DNA of 61,252 bases, filler included, from Chiloscyllium plagiosum (taxonomy: Eukaryota): the NCBI RefSeq assembly GCF_004010195.1. It is 3 parts of one record of this genome, joined end to end, with 100 filler letters (N's around TTAATTAATTAA, not from the genome) between each part and the next. Parts side by side here need not be neighbours in the genome. Positions count along the whole stretch, not along the records: positions 1 to 19,238 come from NC_057715.1; 2 more parts are not named here. The stretch is one strand, 5' to 3'. A model generated the notes under the pieces. It ran no database searches and was not told the DNA's origin. It worked only from the letters and a program-made list of their open reading frames with translations. Shown in pieces: positions 1-13,825 of this stretch (the stretch's first letter is position 1; every line of letters starts with the position of its first letter). Made by a program: the position numbers and the translations under genes.

Positions 1-280
1 CAGTCCCAACCCTCAGACTCAGCACCACCTTCTTGACCTGCAATCTTCTTCGCGACCTCTCCGCCCCCACCCCCTCTCCGGCCTATCACCCTCACCTTAA
101 CCTCCTTCCACCTATCGTATTCCCAACACCCCTCCCCCAAGTCCCTCCTCCCTACCTTTTATCTTAGCCTGCTTGGCACACCCTCCTCATTCCTGAAGAA
201 GGGCTTATGCCCGAAACATCGATTCTCCTGTTCCTTTGATGCTGCCTGACCTGCTGCGCTTTTCCAGCAACACATTTTTA
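1..280 (+). mobile_element. Penelope-like element 3' end (pseudo-LTR) with hammerhead-like motif at ~190-222
   Basis: C-rich tract, then cattcctgaagaagggcttatgcccgaaacatcgattctcc...gatgctgcctgacctgctg. Very similar to 48960-49250, which follows a GIY-YIG C-terminal fragment. Confidence 0.75.
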
Positions 281-551
281 AGCCCAGTAAATAGGGTGCC
301 AGGTAGATAGGGTGGAAAGGCGCAAAGGCAGGAGGTAGGTTGCCAGGTGAGTGATGGAGCGCTGAAGGTAGGTCAGGGCAGAGATTGTATGGGGTCTCAT
401 GGAACGGGAGATGTCATGACCAGCAAAGGCTTTAGGGTTGTGTTTAGGCCCAGTAATGGATTCACAGGTGGAAAAAAGTTGTCAGCTCCTATGAGAAAGA
501 GATAAATAAAAAGTCTCAGGAGACAGTGGATTGCCTAGTTCTGGAAGAAGT

Positions 552-1579
552 TTCCAGGATTTCTCTGTTTAACTGCACATTTGTGAACTCCAAAAGCTGC
601 AACCAGTTTAAGAAGATTAAACATAGCTTTGATGTCACTACTACCACAAAAATATCAACTTTTTTCAAGATTTTTTTTACATAAGAGTAATCAATTTAGT
701 TAAAATGTACAATTGAGTCAAAATTTGATTTAGGTTTGTAACAGATCCTGGGATCAAAGGAAATGGCAGGTCCCTAGGGAGGACAATCTGGCATCAGGTT
801 CTGCGGGTGGGGGGAGGTGATTTGATGAGTCAGAGTAGGAGAAATGAAGAAGGGGAATTGTAAGGAATCTCCAGGAAGTGTAGTTAGCAGTTACAGGGGT
901 GGAGAATGTGTGCTATGAGTTTAATAGTTATCAGGAGATAGACTGGATTTTTAATTGTTTCATGTTTCCTGGTTAACTATTAATAACTGTTGGAAAGCCC
1001 TCCAGGATTCCATGTGCAGGGAAATTCCCTTTTGGAATCTTCTATATTCTTCAGCAATTCACTCAGACTCTTGACGCACATCTCCCAGCTATGCTGCAGA
1101 ACTGACTGGTCGTTGGAAAACCTGAGTCTATGAACTTTAAATCAAATTTTAAAAATAAAAGTGCTCTACAAGTATCAAATTAATTTTCCATATCCAGGTT
1201 TTCAGCGATAATTATGAACATTAAATGCCATTAAAATCCTTACACCTGCTTGCATTGTGACAATTTCAAAGTATTTTGTAACAGTTTGAGTCACAGAATT
1301 TTCATCATTTCAGTGATTTCTGATTGAAATCAATCTGGGACGACTGTAACAGCATAACCTCTGAGAAAACTTGGAATTGCTAATAGCAGCTTCCAGGATT
1401 TCTCTGTTTAACTGCACATTTGTGAACTCCAAAAGCTGCAGCCAGTTTGAGAAGATTAAACATAGCCTTGATGTCACTACTGCCACAAAAATATCACTAT
1501 TTTCTAGATTTTTTTTTACATAAGAATTATCAATTTAGTTAAAATGTATAATTGAGTCACAATTTGATTTAGGTTTGTA
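552..1579 (+). repeat. Dispersed direct repeat of ~190 bp (552-740 and 1391-1579)
   Basis: Both copies run ttccaggatttctctgtttaactgcac...aatttgatttaggtttgta with scattered mismatches. Confidence 0.9.
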
Positions 1580-4500
1580 GTTTGATGTAATGTATACTCA
1601 CTGTGTGAACTAATGGTGCTTGACAAAATGCCATAAAAAATAACATAATATTCAAAATCTCTCAGAAACCAATCCAGTACATGTTATACATACACATTGG
1701 CTTAACTTAATTTTAAAATTTTCAATTTTTCTTTTTCACTATGAAACACCTTTTTATCATGGGCCAGGTTTTGACAGAACACTTTTCTTTGAAACATATT
1801 GTCATTTGCACTAGGTTTTCAGGGAAATGTAGCTTAAAGCATTAATCATATTGGAAGTATGGTAATAGCTTAAAAAGCAAGTACTTAACACCTCTGAGTT
1901 TTGGCTGGGAAGATGGTCATTCTATGAAAATCTGTTTGTTCAATATTTTTATTTTGCTTCAGTATCAATGAACCAATATTTAGGGCCACGGAAGTTGTTG
2001 GCTTCTGTGTCTACATGAAAGAAAAGGAGAAAGAGAGGGAGAGAGAGCAAGAGAAAGCAGGAGGAAGTGAGAATGATGCAGTAACAGTGACAAATTACGA
2101 TAGTTTAGGAGCAAAACTACTGCAGATGCCAGAAAGTTTACAAAAATACATTGTTGGAAATGTTCAATCTGTTTGACAGTTTCCGTGGAGAGAGAAACAG
2201 AACCTCACTGGTTGCTGTAGTTATGATGTAAGGTCATGGATCAACGATGTTTGGTAAGAATTTCCCAGGTTAGAGGTCAACACTATGCGGGTCGAGAAGA
2301 TTTCCTCTGAATTCATCAATTCATGGCCAGAGGACAGGATTGCCACCAAATTAAGAATACCAGACACACTCTTGTAGTTGCAGTGCAAGAGACTGTCCAT
2401 CTCAGAAGAAGAAGCAGACTGTCTTGTTTTATCTAAATGAGAGGGAGGGTGTTCAAGATGCTCTCCCAAGCCTTCTGAACTTTTAAGAAACAAATGGCGT
2501 CAGCAATTGAGGCATCATTCTGGAGGGGAGTCTATTCCCAAGATGGCCAGCAAGTGCAGCCAAAGCCGGACAGGCAGGGTAAACCTTTCAGGCCTCCCTG
2601 AGGCACTTCCTTTCCACTCTGCATCCAGAGGTTGACTCTAAGCTTTCATGGTTTCCAATGTCCCCAGGAAACTGGAGGCCAACTGGAAACCTCTGCTGAG
2701 TCCCCAATTAAAGAGCCTTCAATGAGGCCAATTGATGACATGCCACTCCCCCAATCCAGGAATTGGTGAAGTAACTTGGCCAACAGGTCAATTCACCCAA
2801 CTGCTGAACCCTATGCTGGCTCTCAAAGGAGCCTAAACATTCAGCCCTTTTTCTTTCTCCACAGATGTTGCCAAACCAGCCGAGTTCTCATCACTAAGAC
2901 CCAATAAATTCAACACTGTTTGTAACTAAACCAGAGTCAGTTTTAAAGTATTTTACAGAAGACACAAATGAGAGATGAGACAAAACCTTTTTCCACAAAG
3001 TGATAACTTAGAGGCTAGGATGCACTGCCTGGAGGTGTGGTAAAGACAGGTTTAATTGAGGCATTCAAGAGGGTTTTGGATAATTATTCCAACCGAAACA
3101 ATGCACAGGATTAAGGGAAAAAAGGCAGGAGATTGGAACTAAGCTAAAAAGCTCAGAGAGCTGGTGAGGGCAGAATGGGCTGAATGGTCTCCGTCTGTAC
3201 CATAACAATTCTGTCTTTCTGTATCCATGCAACTGAACAAACCTTCTCATTAACAATACAGTCTTCAGAAGAATATTTTATGGTGCTGCACTTTTCTGTG
3301 GTCTGATTGTTTATCGTAAATTGTTTGTCAAGGATGAAAAATTTATTATTGTCAAACATCTTAAAGAAAAATCTATTTGGAACTCAATGAGTGTTTTTGC
3401 TTGTTCCATTAATGATTGACAACAATAAACCATGCATGATATGATGTTGAATAAAGAGAATAGTACAAGACTTCTCAGCGAGATATCCATTAAATTAGCT
3501 TGATTCCTGAGGAAGGGACACTGATTGACTAAATCATTTCAAAATATTGTTGCATTACTGGCCAACTAAGTTCAAATAGCTAACAAAAGAAAGGAAATAT
3601 ACTCAAGCATACACCTAGTTTTGGAAGTTTCTTAAATTGAAATCTTAGATTGAAGTCCCTACTTACCATTTTAAACTTTGTCAACCTTGCAACGCTCTAA
3701 GATCACTATGCTCTTTACTTCGGTTCAAATCAGATTAAAGATTTTCACCCAACAATAGCATTCATATCTTTGGTTGTTTCAGCTCCAGAACTATTTCTGT
3801 AAACCTATTTGCCTGTCTTTCGACATTTAAGAGTCTCTATAAGTTCTGATTTTTGGCTAATCTGACATCTTTATTTGTATAGACTAATTTAACTTCTGTT
3901 TGATTACACTCCTGAGAAATGCTTTGTATTTTTTATGTGTTAAAATGTACCCATGTAGAAATACAAGTTCCTCTTGATGGAAGCAGAGCAAAAACATGCC
4001 TTCAATTATTCAATATTTATGAGCTTGCCTTTTAGTTTACAGAGAATGGATATGCCTAAAAGTTGAAACCTTATAAAGAATAGATGAGTCTGTTTACCAT
4101 TCTGGAACACATTAGACAGCAGCAAAACAATCTCTAATATGCTTTAAGGTCAACTAATGGAACAAAAGCGAACATTTTCACTATTTTGTGCATAACCATT
4201 GTTTTGAGCTGTAGTTCATTTAGCCATCAAGAAGAATCATGAGCCTACGTATATGAAATAAATTGGCTTTTATAATATGCCATTACTCATGAGTGCTGCT
4301 ATAAAATTCATTAGTACCGCTTTGATGAAACAGGCTAATATCAGAAGACTATACGATCTGTGAACATTGATGCAGAACATTGTCAATGTAAGTAGATTGT
4401 GAAAGGGCACATCATAAGCAATGATTGTTTATTGTCTCAAACTAAAATTTGCTCTCAATCTTTCATGATACTTGTTTTGAGAATCTTAGGATATTAGGTT

Positions 4501-5805
4501 TATAAGACAGAATGAAACATGTTTGGTTATGTTGACTGAGAAAAGTCTGACACTGTCATCATGCCTTTTTAAAAGCACAGAAGTCCATTAGCAATCTCCT
4601 GAACTTCTGATGGCATCCCATAGGGTGTAAAGTTAACAATTCAGTGACATACATCCATCTCTGCGAGCTAATCAGTCAGAAATGATCTATACATGCATTA
4701 GATTAGAGACAAAACTCAGAGGCTCAGTCACCCCTCATCCGGTAAACAGCAGAGTTGGCAGATCCACAATAAGCATTGTATGTGATCTGCTCACTAAGTG
4801 GACTCTATAGCTTCCAGATAACTGGCTTGTGGTTTAACTGTGTATCACTGCACCTGGCACACTGCACAATGAATGTATCTGGGAGCCTGAAGGTCATTTT
4901 CTTTCCATCATTTCCTGTTCATCCATTATGTTTATAAGTTTAGTCACAGTGGGGAAAATGGGACTATTGGAATAGTCAGATAATAATGCACTTAGAAGGC
5001 TGCTGGTGTCTTGTCAAGTAAAGGACAACAAAATGCAGACTGATAAATAGAACAGAAAAGAGTAATCTAACATTGTGGCTAATATTAAGAAAGTGCTTCT
5101 TAAAAATATGTGCAGAAGATACTTTTCAATGCAGTGATGTACAAAGTGTTTCCTGTGAAAACAGCAAAAATTCCAGCAAGTGGCAATTACTTAAATAAAG
5201 AAGCTAAATATGAAGAAGAAAGAAAGAGACCTAGGAGTCCTGATTGCCAATAAATTGAAATTATCATGACAACTGGCACAATCAAGATGGCAGAATGCAC
5301 TAATGTGTCAACAGCAAGCCAAAACCATAACTCAGTCGCAACACTTGATAAAACATTAGTACAATAAACAAAAACTTGCACGCACAGTTTTGGGAAGTTT
5401 AATCAGATAGAAAACTTTACAATCTACGAAAGCATGATGTTTGCATCAGTGACCAATATTGGTTAAAGAGGTTGATCTTTAAAAAGTTTAATAAAGGAAG
5501 TGGTGGAGGGGTTTGGAGAGTGAATTCTGACCTCTGGGGTAAAAGAAACTGGGGGCACACAAGAGACCAGAATTGTAGAGTTTTTGATGTTTTACAGGTT
5601 GGAGATGGTTGGAGACATTGGAACAGGAGTGAGCCAAAGAGCTCTAGAATGAGAATACACATAAAATTATAAATTAAAGACTGCAAATAGTTCAACACTA
5701 AATATATGCTGAATAGCACAGTTTTTATTCCTCTCATGGTTCTTTTACATTGTTACGTAAGCCATTTCTCCACCTTCCGACATTGGATTGATATATGACT
5801 TATGT

Positions 5806-6437
5806 GAAAAATGGAGTTGATGGAGTTCAATGTAGCTAAGTGTGAGGTGATTCACTTTGGTAAGAGTAATAAAAAGATGGGGAAATGAAGAAAACATACA
5901 ACGTGGTGAAGATTATTGGGAATGTAAGGAATTAGGAAACCTTTAAAAACCAGCTGAAACAAAAAAGATGAAATATGAACGGGTGCAGAGGAGGTTTACC
6001 AGGATGTTGCCTGGTATGGTAGGAAGATTGTATGAGGAAAGGCTGAGGCACTTGCGGTTGTTTTCATTGGGGAAAAGAAGGTTTAGGGGTGACTTGATAG
6101 AGGTGTATAAGATGATTAGAGGTTTAGATAGGGTCGACAATGAGAATCTTTTTCCACGTATGGAGTCAGCTATTACAAGGGGGCATAGCTTTAAATTAAG
6201 GGGGGGTAGGTATAGGACAGATGTTAGGGGTAGGTTCTTTACTCAGCGAGTTGTGAGTTCATGGAATGCCCTGCTAGTAGCGGTGGTGGACTCTCTCTCA
6301 TTATGGGCATTTAAGCGGGCATTGGATAGGCATATGGAGGATAGTGGGCTAGTGTAGGTTGGGTGGGCTTGGATCAGCGCAACATCGAGGGCCGAAGGGC
6401 CTGTACTGCGCTGTATTCTTCTATGTTCTATGTTCTA
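5806..6437 (+). mobile_element. CR1-clade LINE 3' fragments (RT C-terminus and 3' UTR)
   Basis: ERVQRRFTRMLPGM...LFSLGKRRFRGDLIEVYK...TRGH...FFTQRVV..WN, followed by a (ttctatg)n tail. Confidence 0.9.
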
Positions 6438-7339
6438 TGGACTGCTCTGTGCTGTGAGACTAAGTCTGATCTGACATACCCCTTAACTCATTCTACACTC
6501 AATCTTCATAAGCCAATAGAGAAAGACACTTCCATCTCATTATTGTGCTCTAGATTTGGAACATTGGTCCCAGGCTGGGGAAAAAAAACTAACCTGTCAT
6601 GCCTGAATGACCTTGAACAAACCACAGCACACGATTGTCCTGTCCCAAAGCAGCATGAGGAAGATCACAAAACTATGATGCTCCTCTTATGTAAAACAAT
6701 GATTTCTGAAATAGTCTCTAATGATGGTGATGGTAAGCAGTATTATAAATTTATTGCTTCATGTTCATTAATGCTACTTTACTGCAGGGTTTCTCTTATC
6801 ATAAGCAGTTTGCATACTGATTGCAATAAACTGGCATAAACATGATTCATCTTTATGAAGATGTCACTCATCAGGCTGTTTGAACAATATTTAAAATAAT
6901 CACAGTGGGACTAACCTGCCTATTACCATCTGCCTGTGTTCCCAGCTGTAATCTCATTTGTACATAGTTTGAATTAATCGTCCATTATTTCCAACAACAT
7001 AGGATTTCTGCAATTAAAAGGCAAGCATATTCTGATATCCTGATACCGCTTGATGAGGAGAAAAAAAATTTGGCCCTGCTGGTTTCTGGAGCAGAAATTC
7101 AGTGCCGTGCTTACAAATTTCACACTCACTCTGGAAATCACAACTGTTTGGCTGCTGCCATGTTGGCCTTAATCACTCTTTGTGAGTGTGAGATTTCAGT
7201 GAGAAGGGAATGAGACAGTGATAGCTGAGATTCCCATAAACTGATCATCTACAAAATATCAAAATAACTTCATTGCCACAACCTGTATAACTAGCTTCTT
7301 GAGTGGGCAAAGGAAGGACCTGAATGATTGTTCCTGCCC

Positions 7340-8235
7340 TTAACTTTTTATTCAGTCTACTCTTTCCACACAACACTGCCGTATACCCCACCCTGACTAT
7401 TAAAATCCGTGGTGATGTCCTGAATAATGTGGACTATTTCCCGTATCTCAGGAGTCTCCTTTCGTGCAAGAAGGCATTGACAAAGAAATCCAACATCGAA
7501 TCCAATGTGCCAGTACAGGCTTCGGACAACCAGAGAATAGAATGTTTGAAGTCCATGACCTCAAACCCAGTGCCAAGCTCATGGTCAACAGGGCAGCTGA
7601 AGTTCCCACCATCCTGTGAGGGTGGGATATGAACCAAGTACAGCAGGAACCTCAAATCCCTAGAGTTGTTGTCATCAGTGTTGCATTCACAACATCCTGC
7701 AAATCCTTTCACAGGATATGCATAACAACATGAGCATCCTCTTCCAGGTCAATATCCCCAGAATCAAAGCAATGATAAGGCATGATCAGTTGTGATGGAC
7801 GTGCCACATTGTCCATATGCCCAACATAAGACTCCCTAAACAAGTGTTCTACTCTGAGGTCCACAATGTGATCACTAGGAGGGCAGAGGAAACTCTACAA
7901 GGAAACCCTGGAAGCCTCCTAAATCAATACAACATCCCCACCCATATGTGGGAATCACTCACTCCAGAGGACACAAACTGAAGAAGAAGCAGCTGCGAAG
8001 GCACCAACCACTTTGAGCGATATTGAATGGAGCACGTGGAGGCCAAGCGGAAAGAGTGCACAGAATCCAGAATGTTCCACCCTCCTTGAACACCACCTGC
8101 CCCAGACAGGGCCAAGTCTGCATCTCTAGGATTGAACTGTTCAACCACCTCGTAACACACCCTCGCCCTCAACCCTGCCCCTGCCCTCTGGAGTCAAGTA
8201 AGTTATCCTTACCCTGTGGGACTGCCACAGAAGAA
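7340..8235 (+). mobile_element. Decayed RTE-clade LINE 3' part
   Basis: Frameshifted VDYFPYL.SLLS, HIVHMPNIRLPKQVFYSE and GGQRK.YK.TL.ASL, plus a C-terminal TCP...CISRIELFNHLVTH Zn-finger-like motif typical of RTE ORFs. Confidence 0.7.
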
Positions 8236-8979
8236 AATGCTTATAGTTTGGGGGCAATTATACAGCAGTGATTTCTGTCTCATCATGAGGGAAAATTGCT
8301 TCTCTTCATCACAAATTACCTTTAGTGTCTCTGATTCCCTTTCACTTTGGATCCATCCCCATGATCACCTTAATTGCTAAATATGATGTCCTTTTATGTC
8401 TCTTTAAACCACTTGTAGAACAGCTGCTCTTCCTGTAATTATCTTTCAAATGCTGCCAGCAATCTGTCCAATCTGCAGATTTGTCTGTTTTTGTGGATGT
8501 GCCTCACCCGTATGCACAGATTATACATTCCAGGTCATAGGTCTGACAGGAGTTCTATTTAATGCTTTAAAGTATCTGCTCTTATGCTTGCAGTTGCATG
8601 CCAGCAGTTGATGTTCCCTTTCTCAATCATCAGACTCAGGTTTAACTAATCACAAAAAGTCCAGAGAAGAATCAACAGACACACAGAATCAAACACCGAA
8701 CAATTGAAAACTGCATCCATGTTTTAGCCGAGATTTCATCTCTTTTACGTCGGGTGGGACAATCTTTAAAGCACTCAATTCATTCACAGTTTGGAATGTT
8801 AACATTTGATTAGGATGAAGCTAGTGGGGTATAGAACGTGCAGGAGAATATGAAGAAAGTTGGTATGAAAACAAAGGAGGGGCATGAGGAAAAAAAACAC
8901 TGATAGGTAAGATTGGAGAGAATCCCAAAATTTTTTATCAGTATATCAAGAAGAAGAGGATCACCAAGAAAAGAGTAGG

Positions 8980-9106
8980 TGAAAGTGAGTATTGCAGGTG
9001 CTGGAGATTGGAGTCAAGATTAGAGTGGTGCTGGAAAAGCACAGCAGGTCAGGCAGTATCCGAGGAGAGGGAAAATCGACATTTTGGGCAAATGCCCTTC
9101 ATCAGG
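8980..9106 (-). mobile_element. PLE pseudo-LTR fragment with degenerate hammerhead motif
   Basis: Reverse complement reads cctgatgaagggcatttgcccaaaatgtcgattttc...gctgtgcttttccagc...ctccagcacctgca. Confidence 0.65.
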
Positions 9107-10429
9107 TCAAAGGTGGCAATCTATGCATGGAACCAGAGGACATTGGTATTTCAGATCTGTCTTCACTTGGGGAAAAGTATGTTCACATGATTTAGAAGCT
9201 AATTTTAAATATCACACACTATCATTATCACATACCCTTTAAGCAAACAGAGAGTATATCAGAGCCGGTTTGATCATTTTAAATGATCTATTCTAAATAC
9301 TGTTGTTGCATATGTTCTGGACTTTATTGCATCCTTGTTCATGTAACATTTTTCATTAGGAATATCAGAAGGTTGCTTTAATCCTACATTTTAATGAGAA
9401 AATTGAAAGACCCTTATGACTTCACCCACTTACATGTGAGCGCTCTCCAGTTATAATTCATTCCCTTTCATTCCTTTCAAATGATGGATGGTGCCTGACT
9501 TAAAGTGTTTAATTGATATTTACAGATCAAAGCAAACTCGCACCAAATGGTTACAGGTCCAACAAATGGAAACTTCTGAGTTTATTTTCAACTAAAAAGT
9601 TGACAATATTTGCTTCAGTTTATGAATGAAAACCATGTTACCTTGGCTTGTCCTTTCAAAATGATTAAGGAGAAAATAATATTCTTTTCATCTGACTTTG
9701 GTAAAACCACATGGAAGCATTCAATATTTCATATGAAAATTAGTCAGCATTTAAGAAATGTCTAATGTTGGAAGCCAGAAAGGGAGCATTGAAAATATTT
9801 CATATTTGACAAATGTAATGTAGTTTTTCCTTCAAGAGTTGACTGGGTTGATAAAGTGAGTGCAGTTGATGAAGCAGAGATAGATTTCCAGAAATGGCTT
9901 GATGAAGTACCTGACAAGAGGCTTGTTAGAAATATACAGTCCCGTATTTTAATAGCAAATGTAACAAGATAAAAAGTATGATAGGCAGAAAGCAAAGAGT
10001 TAAGATAAATGGGCATAGCAAGTCTCAAATGTTGAGGACGTTTTGTCATAGTGTCCCAATCTCTAGACCAGAAGCTCCAGGTTTGAGTTCCACTTGACAA
10101 TCATGGAAGACACAACCCTAAGTGAACTAAGAGGACTTCTTTTATGCCCAATGACAGGTGGTAATTGCAGGGGAGTTTCCTAATCAACTATCCTGCAGAA
10201 GGCAATTGCAAACCATGACTGCACTTTGACCATAAGAATGAACAATCCAATGGAAGTCCTTGGCCAAAGCCTTGGAAATGAAGTTGGGACAAAAGGCAGG
10301 CAGAAAGATGTATGGTTGGTACTGGCTTCGTCCAAAGATGAGAAATGAGCCTATTATTGTTTTTCTGTTCATATACCTTATTTAGACATGGACAGAGTAG
10401 TATCTTCTTGGAATGAAATTAATTAGTAG

Positions 10430-10970
10430 TTGCCATCTATCTGCTTATACAGCTGGTGTGATGTATACAATAATGAGATCATCCAGAATTCTGCTGCCTA
10501 TTCCCTAATTTGCACCAAGTCCCATTCACCTACTGACCTGTGCACAATGAACAATGCTGGCTCTCAGTCAAGCAAGATTTTGATTTTCAAACTTGTATCC
10601 ATGTTTTCAATTCCTTCTGGGATCTTGCCCTCTGTGCAATGTCCTCCAACTGCACAGTCCACCAAGATCACTGTCCTTCTTTAATTCTGGTCTAACTGAG
10701 CATCCTTGATTTTATTTACTCCACTACTGGTGGCCTGACTTCAGTTGGCTCGGCCCTATGTTTTGGAATTCCCCTCCTTAATGTCACTACCTCTTTACCT
10801 CGCTTTCTCCTTTCAAACATGTCTTAAGACCTACATTTCCGAATAGCATTTGATCATCTGGTCTCATGTCTCCGGACATGAGTCAGTGCCATATTTTATT
10901 TTAAAATGTTCCTGTTGAAACACTTTGGGATATTTATATTGTAAATGTCTCATATAAATCTAAGCTGTTG
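10430..10970 (+). mobile_element. Decayed L2-clade LINE 3' end
   Basis: IQNSAA..L..TKS.SP and FKL...F.....L.P motifs, plus an L2-like tail (aaacactttgggata...tataaatctaagctgttg). Confidence 0.55.
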
Positions 10971-11339
10971 GTGGTTTGAAAATCAATGTCTGTTATTTAT
11001 TGGAGAGTTGCAGAGGGAGCATGTTTCTGAGGAGTCTGTTGTGAAAGTCACAAATCCCATTGTTAAGGATGACTATCAACAGAAAAGGCTAACATATCAC
11101 TAACTTGTCTTCCTGTATCTCCATGACACTGAAATGACATAGGTGTTGGATGAATATGAAATAGACCTAATTGATCTTTCATTGCATTTTAATGGCTCAT
11201 TAGCAAACAGCATCACTGTCTCCTTACTCATTTCATTCATTGAAAGATCCTTGGCAGTGATTCCACCCAATGTATCTCAGATAATACTGCTGGACACAAC
11301 TACAGCATATATCATGCTTACAATGATGGTTTGTAAGAG

Positions 11340-13190
11340 TTTATAATATAAGAACTCTAGCAAATTTCTCAAACATAATTTCCCTTTGACAAAACCATGT
11401 TGACTCAGTTTGCATTAAGTTTTTCTAAATGCTATACTATTTATTTTTTTTAAAATAATGAGCTATAGGATTTTTCCAGTGACAGATATTAGGCTAACTG
11501 ACCAATAGCTTTCATACATTCTGCCTCCCTCTCTTCTTGAACAAAGGTATCATATTTGCTTTTCTCAAGTCCATTGGAATGCTCCAGGAATGAATTAAAT
11601 TCTGAATAATTTTGACCAATACCTTTACTATTTCTGCAGTCACTTCCTTTAAGACCTTTGGATGCAAGTGATAGATCCTAATGAATCTGCAATCAGTCCC
11701 ATTAGTTTGTCAAAAAAACTTTGTCCCTTTGATAGAAACCATTACAAGACTTTTCCTCCCATTAGCACCTTACTATCTGATATCTTTAGCATGTTTATAC
11801 TGTCCTTAGCTGTGAAGACTGATTTAAAATACTGGTTTAGATTATCTGCCATTTACTAGTTCCATGTTATCAATTCTCCAATTGCATTCTCCAAGAGTTC
11901 CATACAGACCTTAGCTATCCCCTTTCTTTTATTATACAGAAGCTTTTGCCATTTGGTGTTATATTTCTTTTCAAATTGCTTTCATAATCATTTTTCCCCT
12001 CCTTCTGAACTTTTTATTTATCTTTTTGACATGGACATTTTTTATGAATTATTGAATAGCTGCTTAAATGTCTGCCATTGACTTTTTCCTTTGTCTATTT
12101 CCAACCCACTCTAGACAACACTTCCTTTTAATAACTCTGTAATTGTCCTTATTTAATTTGAGACCTGAACTGCACTATCTCAAACAGAATGTAAAATTCT
12201 ATCATGTTTTGATTACGATCCCCTAGAGGATGCGTAACTACAAGGTCTCTTATTAATCATACCTTATTACATAATATAATACATAAAACAGCCTGTTGAT
12301 GGGTAGGTTATAAAACATTGTTTTAAGAATCAATTCCTGATGCATTCTACAAATTTGTCTTCCATGTTGCGGTTATACATCAGATTTATCCAGTCAATAT
12401 GCAAATTAAAATGATGCATGGCATAATGAATACCTCCACTATTTCCTGGTTTGTAATTTGCCCGCCAGTGAAGTGAATCTTTGGGGCCTCAGATACCTCC
12501 TGCCCATGCCTCCTTTGCTTTGTTATTCCCTATTTTCATCCACATCACGCCCATATCACTACCCACCACCACAATGATACTTCCTTTTTTAACAACAGTA
12601 CATTATCTCAGTTTCTTTTTGCCTATTTTTCCAGATTGGCAACACCATTGGATATTGATTTTCCAATTTTGGATACATTTACAACCACTTATCTGTATTG
12701 CTATCAAGTAATATTTATTTATTTCTATTCGTGCTATTACCCTGCTAACATTTTACAAATGCAGTGTGCAGTCAGATAAAGAACTCTTAAGCTGAGACAT
12801 TTTACCATTATTTTCTGTCTGGTTCTAATTTCTACCGCACTCTTTTATTATCTTTTCAATTCCTTCCTGTGAGATTTTGATTACCATTTGCCTCTTCACT
12901 CCTCAGTGCCTCTGCTCCCTTGTTTCTTTTAGATTTTTTTTCAATTTCCCTTTAAATGAACTCTTCCCACCATTAATTAGTTTAAAGCCTTATCTAAACT
13001 CTAGTTGTCTGATTCACCAGGACAATGAATGAACAACTGTCACTTTCTCAGTACTGGTGCCAATACCTCATGAATCAAAACCAATTTCTTCCAAACCAAT
13101 CTTTCGGCATTCGATCATTTGTCTCTTTGAACATTTATCTCTCTAATTTACTTGACCTATGCTGACTTGCATGTAGCTCAGGTAGTAATC
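11340..13190 (-). mobile_element. Old, decayed CR1-like LINE (endonuclease to RT region)
   Basis: Reverse-strand remnants such as gacagatattaggctaactg (PVSLTSV-like motif) and aaaaccatgttgactc (QHGF); no open frame. Confidence 0.55.
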
Positions 13191-13194
13191 CTGG

Positions 13195-13825
13195 CAGCAT
13201 CAGGAGGTGGAGAAGTCATTGTTTTGGGTGTAATCTTTCTCCAGGACTGGGGATGGATGTGGAGGGAGCTGCAGATAAAGGTGGTGGCGGGGGCAGGGTA
13301 ATAAAGTGGGGATAGGTGAAGATAGGTATAGGGTATGGCTTAGTTGGTCAATGAGAAGAACGAAGCCGCTTGGTGGGGAGGAAGGGAGGGAGGGGGTCTA
13401 GGACGGGAGTCGGGGATGGGAAGGGAGGTTGTATGAAATTGGAGAACTCTATATTGAGTCCTCCAGGCTGTAGGCTGCCCAGGCAGAAGATGAGGTGTTC
13501 TTCCTCCAATCTATGGTTTGATTAGTTATGGAGGAGGTCAAGGATGGTCATATTGGCAAAGAAATGGAAAGGGGAATTAAAATGGGTGGTGATTGGGAAG
13601 TCCGGTCAGCCCCTGTGGGCCCGGCTTAGATGCTCGGTGGACTGTTCCCTCAGTTTACGTTTCGCTCCTCCCGATGTAGAGGAGACCACATCATGAGCAC
13701 CGGATACAGTAAACTAGGTTGGAAGAGAGGCAGATGAACCTCTGTCTCACTGGGAAGGACTGTTTGGGGCCCTGAATGGAGGTGAAGGGATGGTGTGCTG
13801 GCAGGTTTTGCATTTTTTCAGGTTG
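13195..13825 (-). mobile_element. Penelope-like element fragment (GIY-YIG end and pseudo-LTR)
   Basis: The minus strand encodes remnants of QGPKQSF.V.QRF.C.SS.LVYCIRC....LLYIG and EEHLIFCLG.LQP. G-rich pLTR on the plus strand. Confidence 0.7.
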
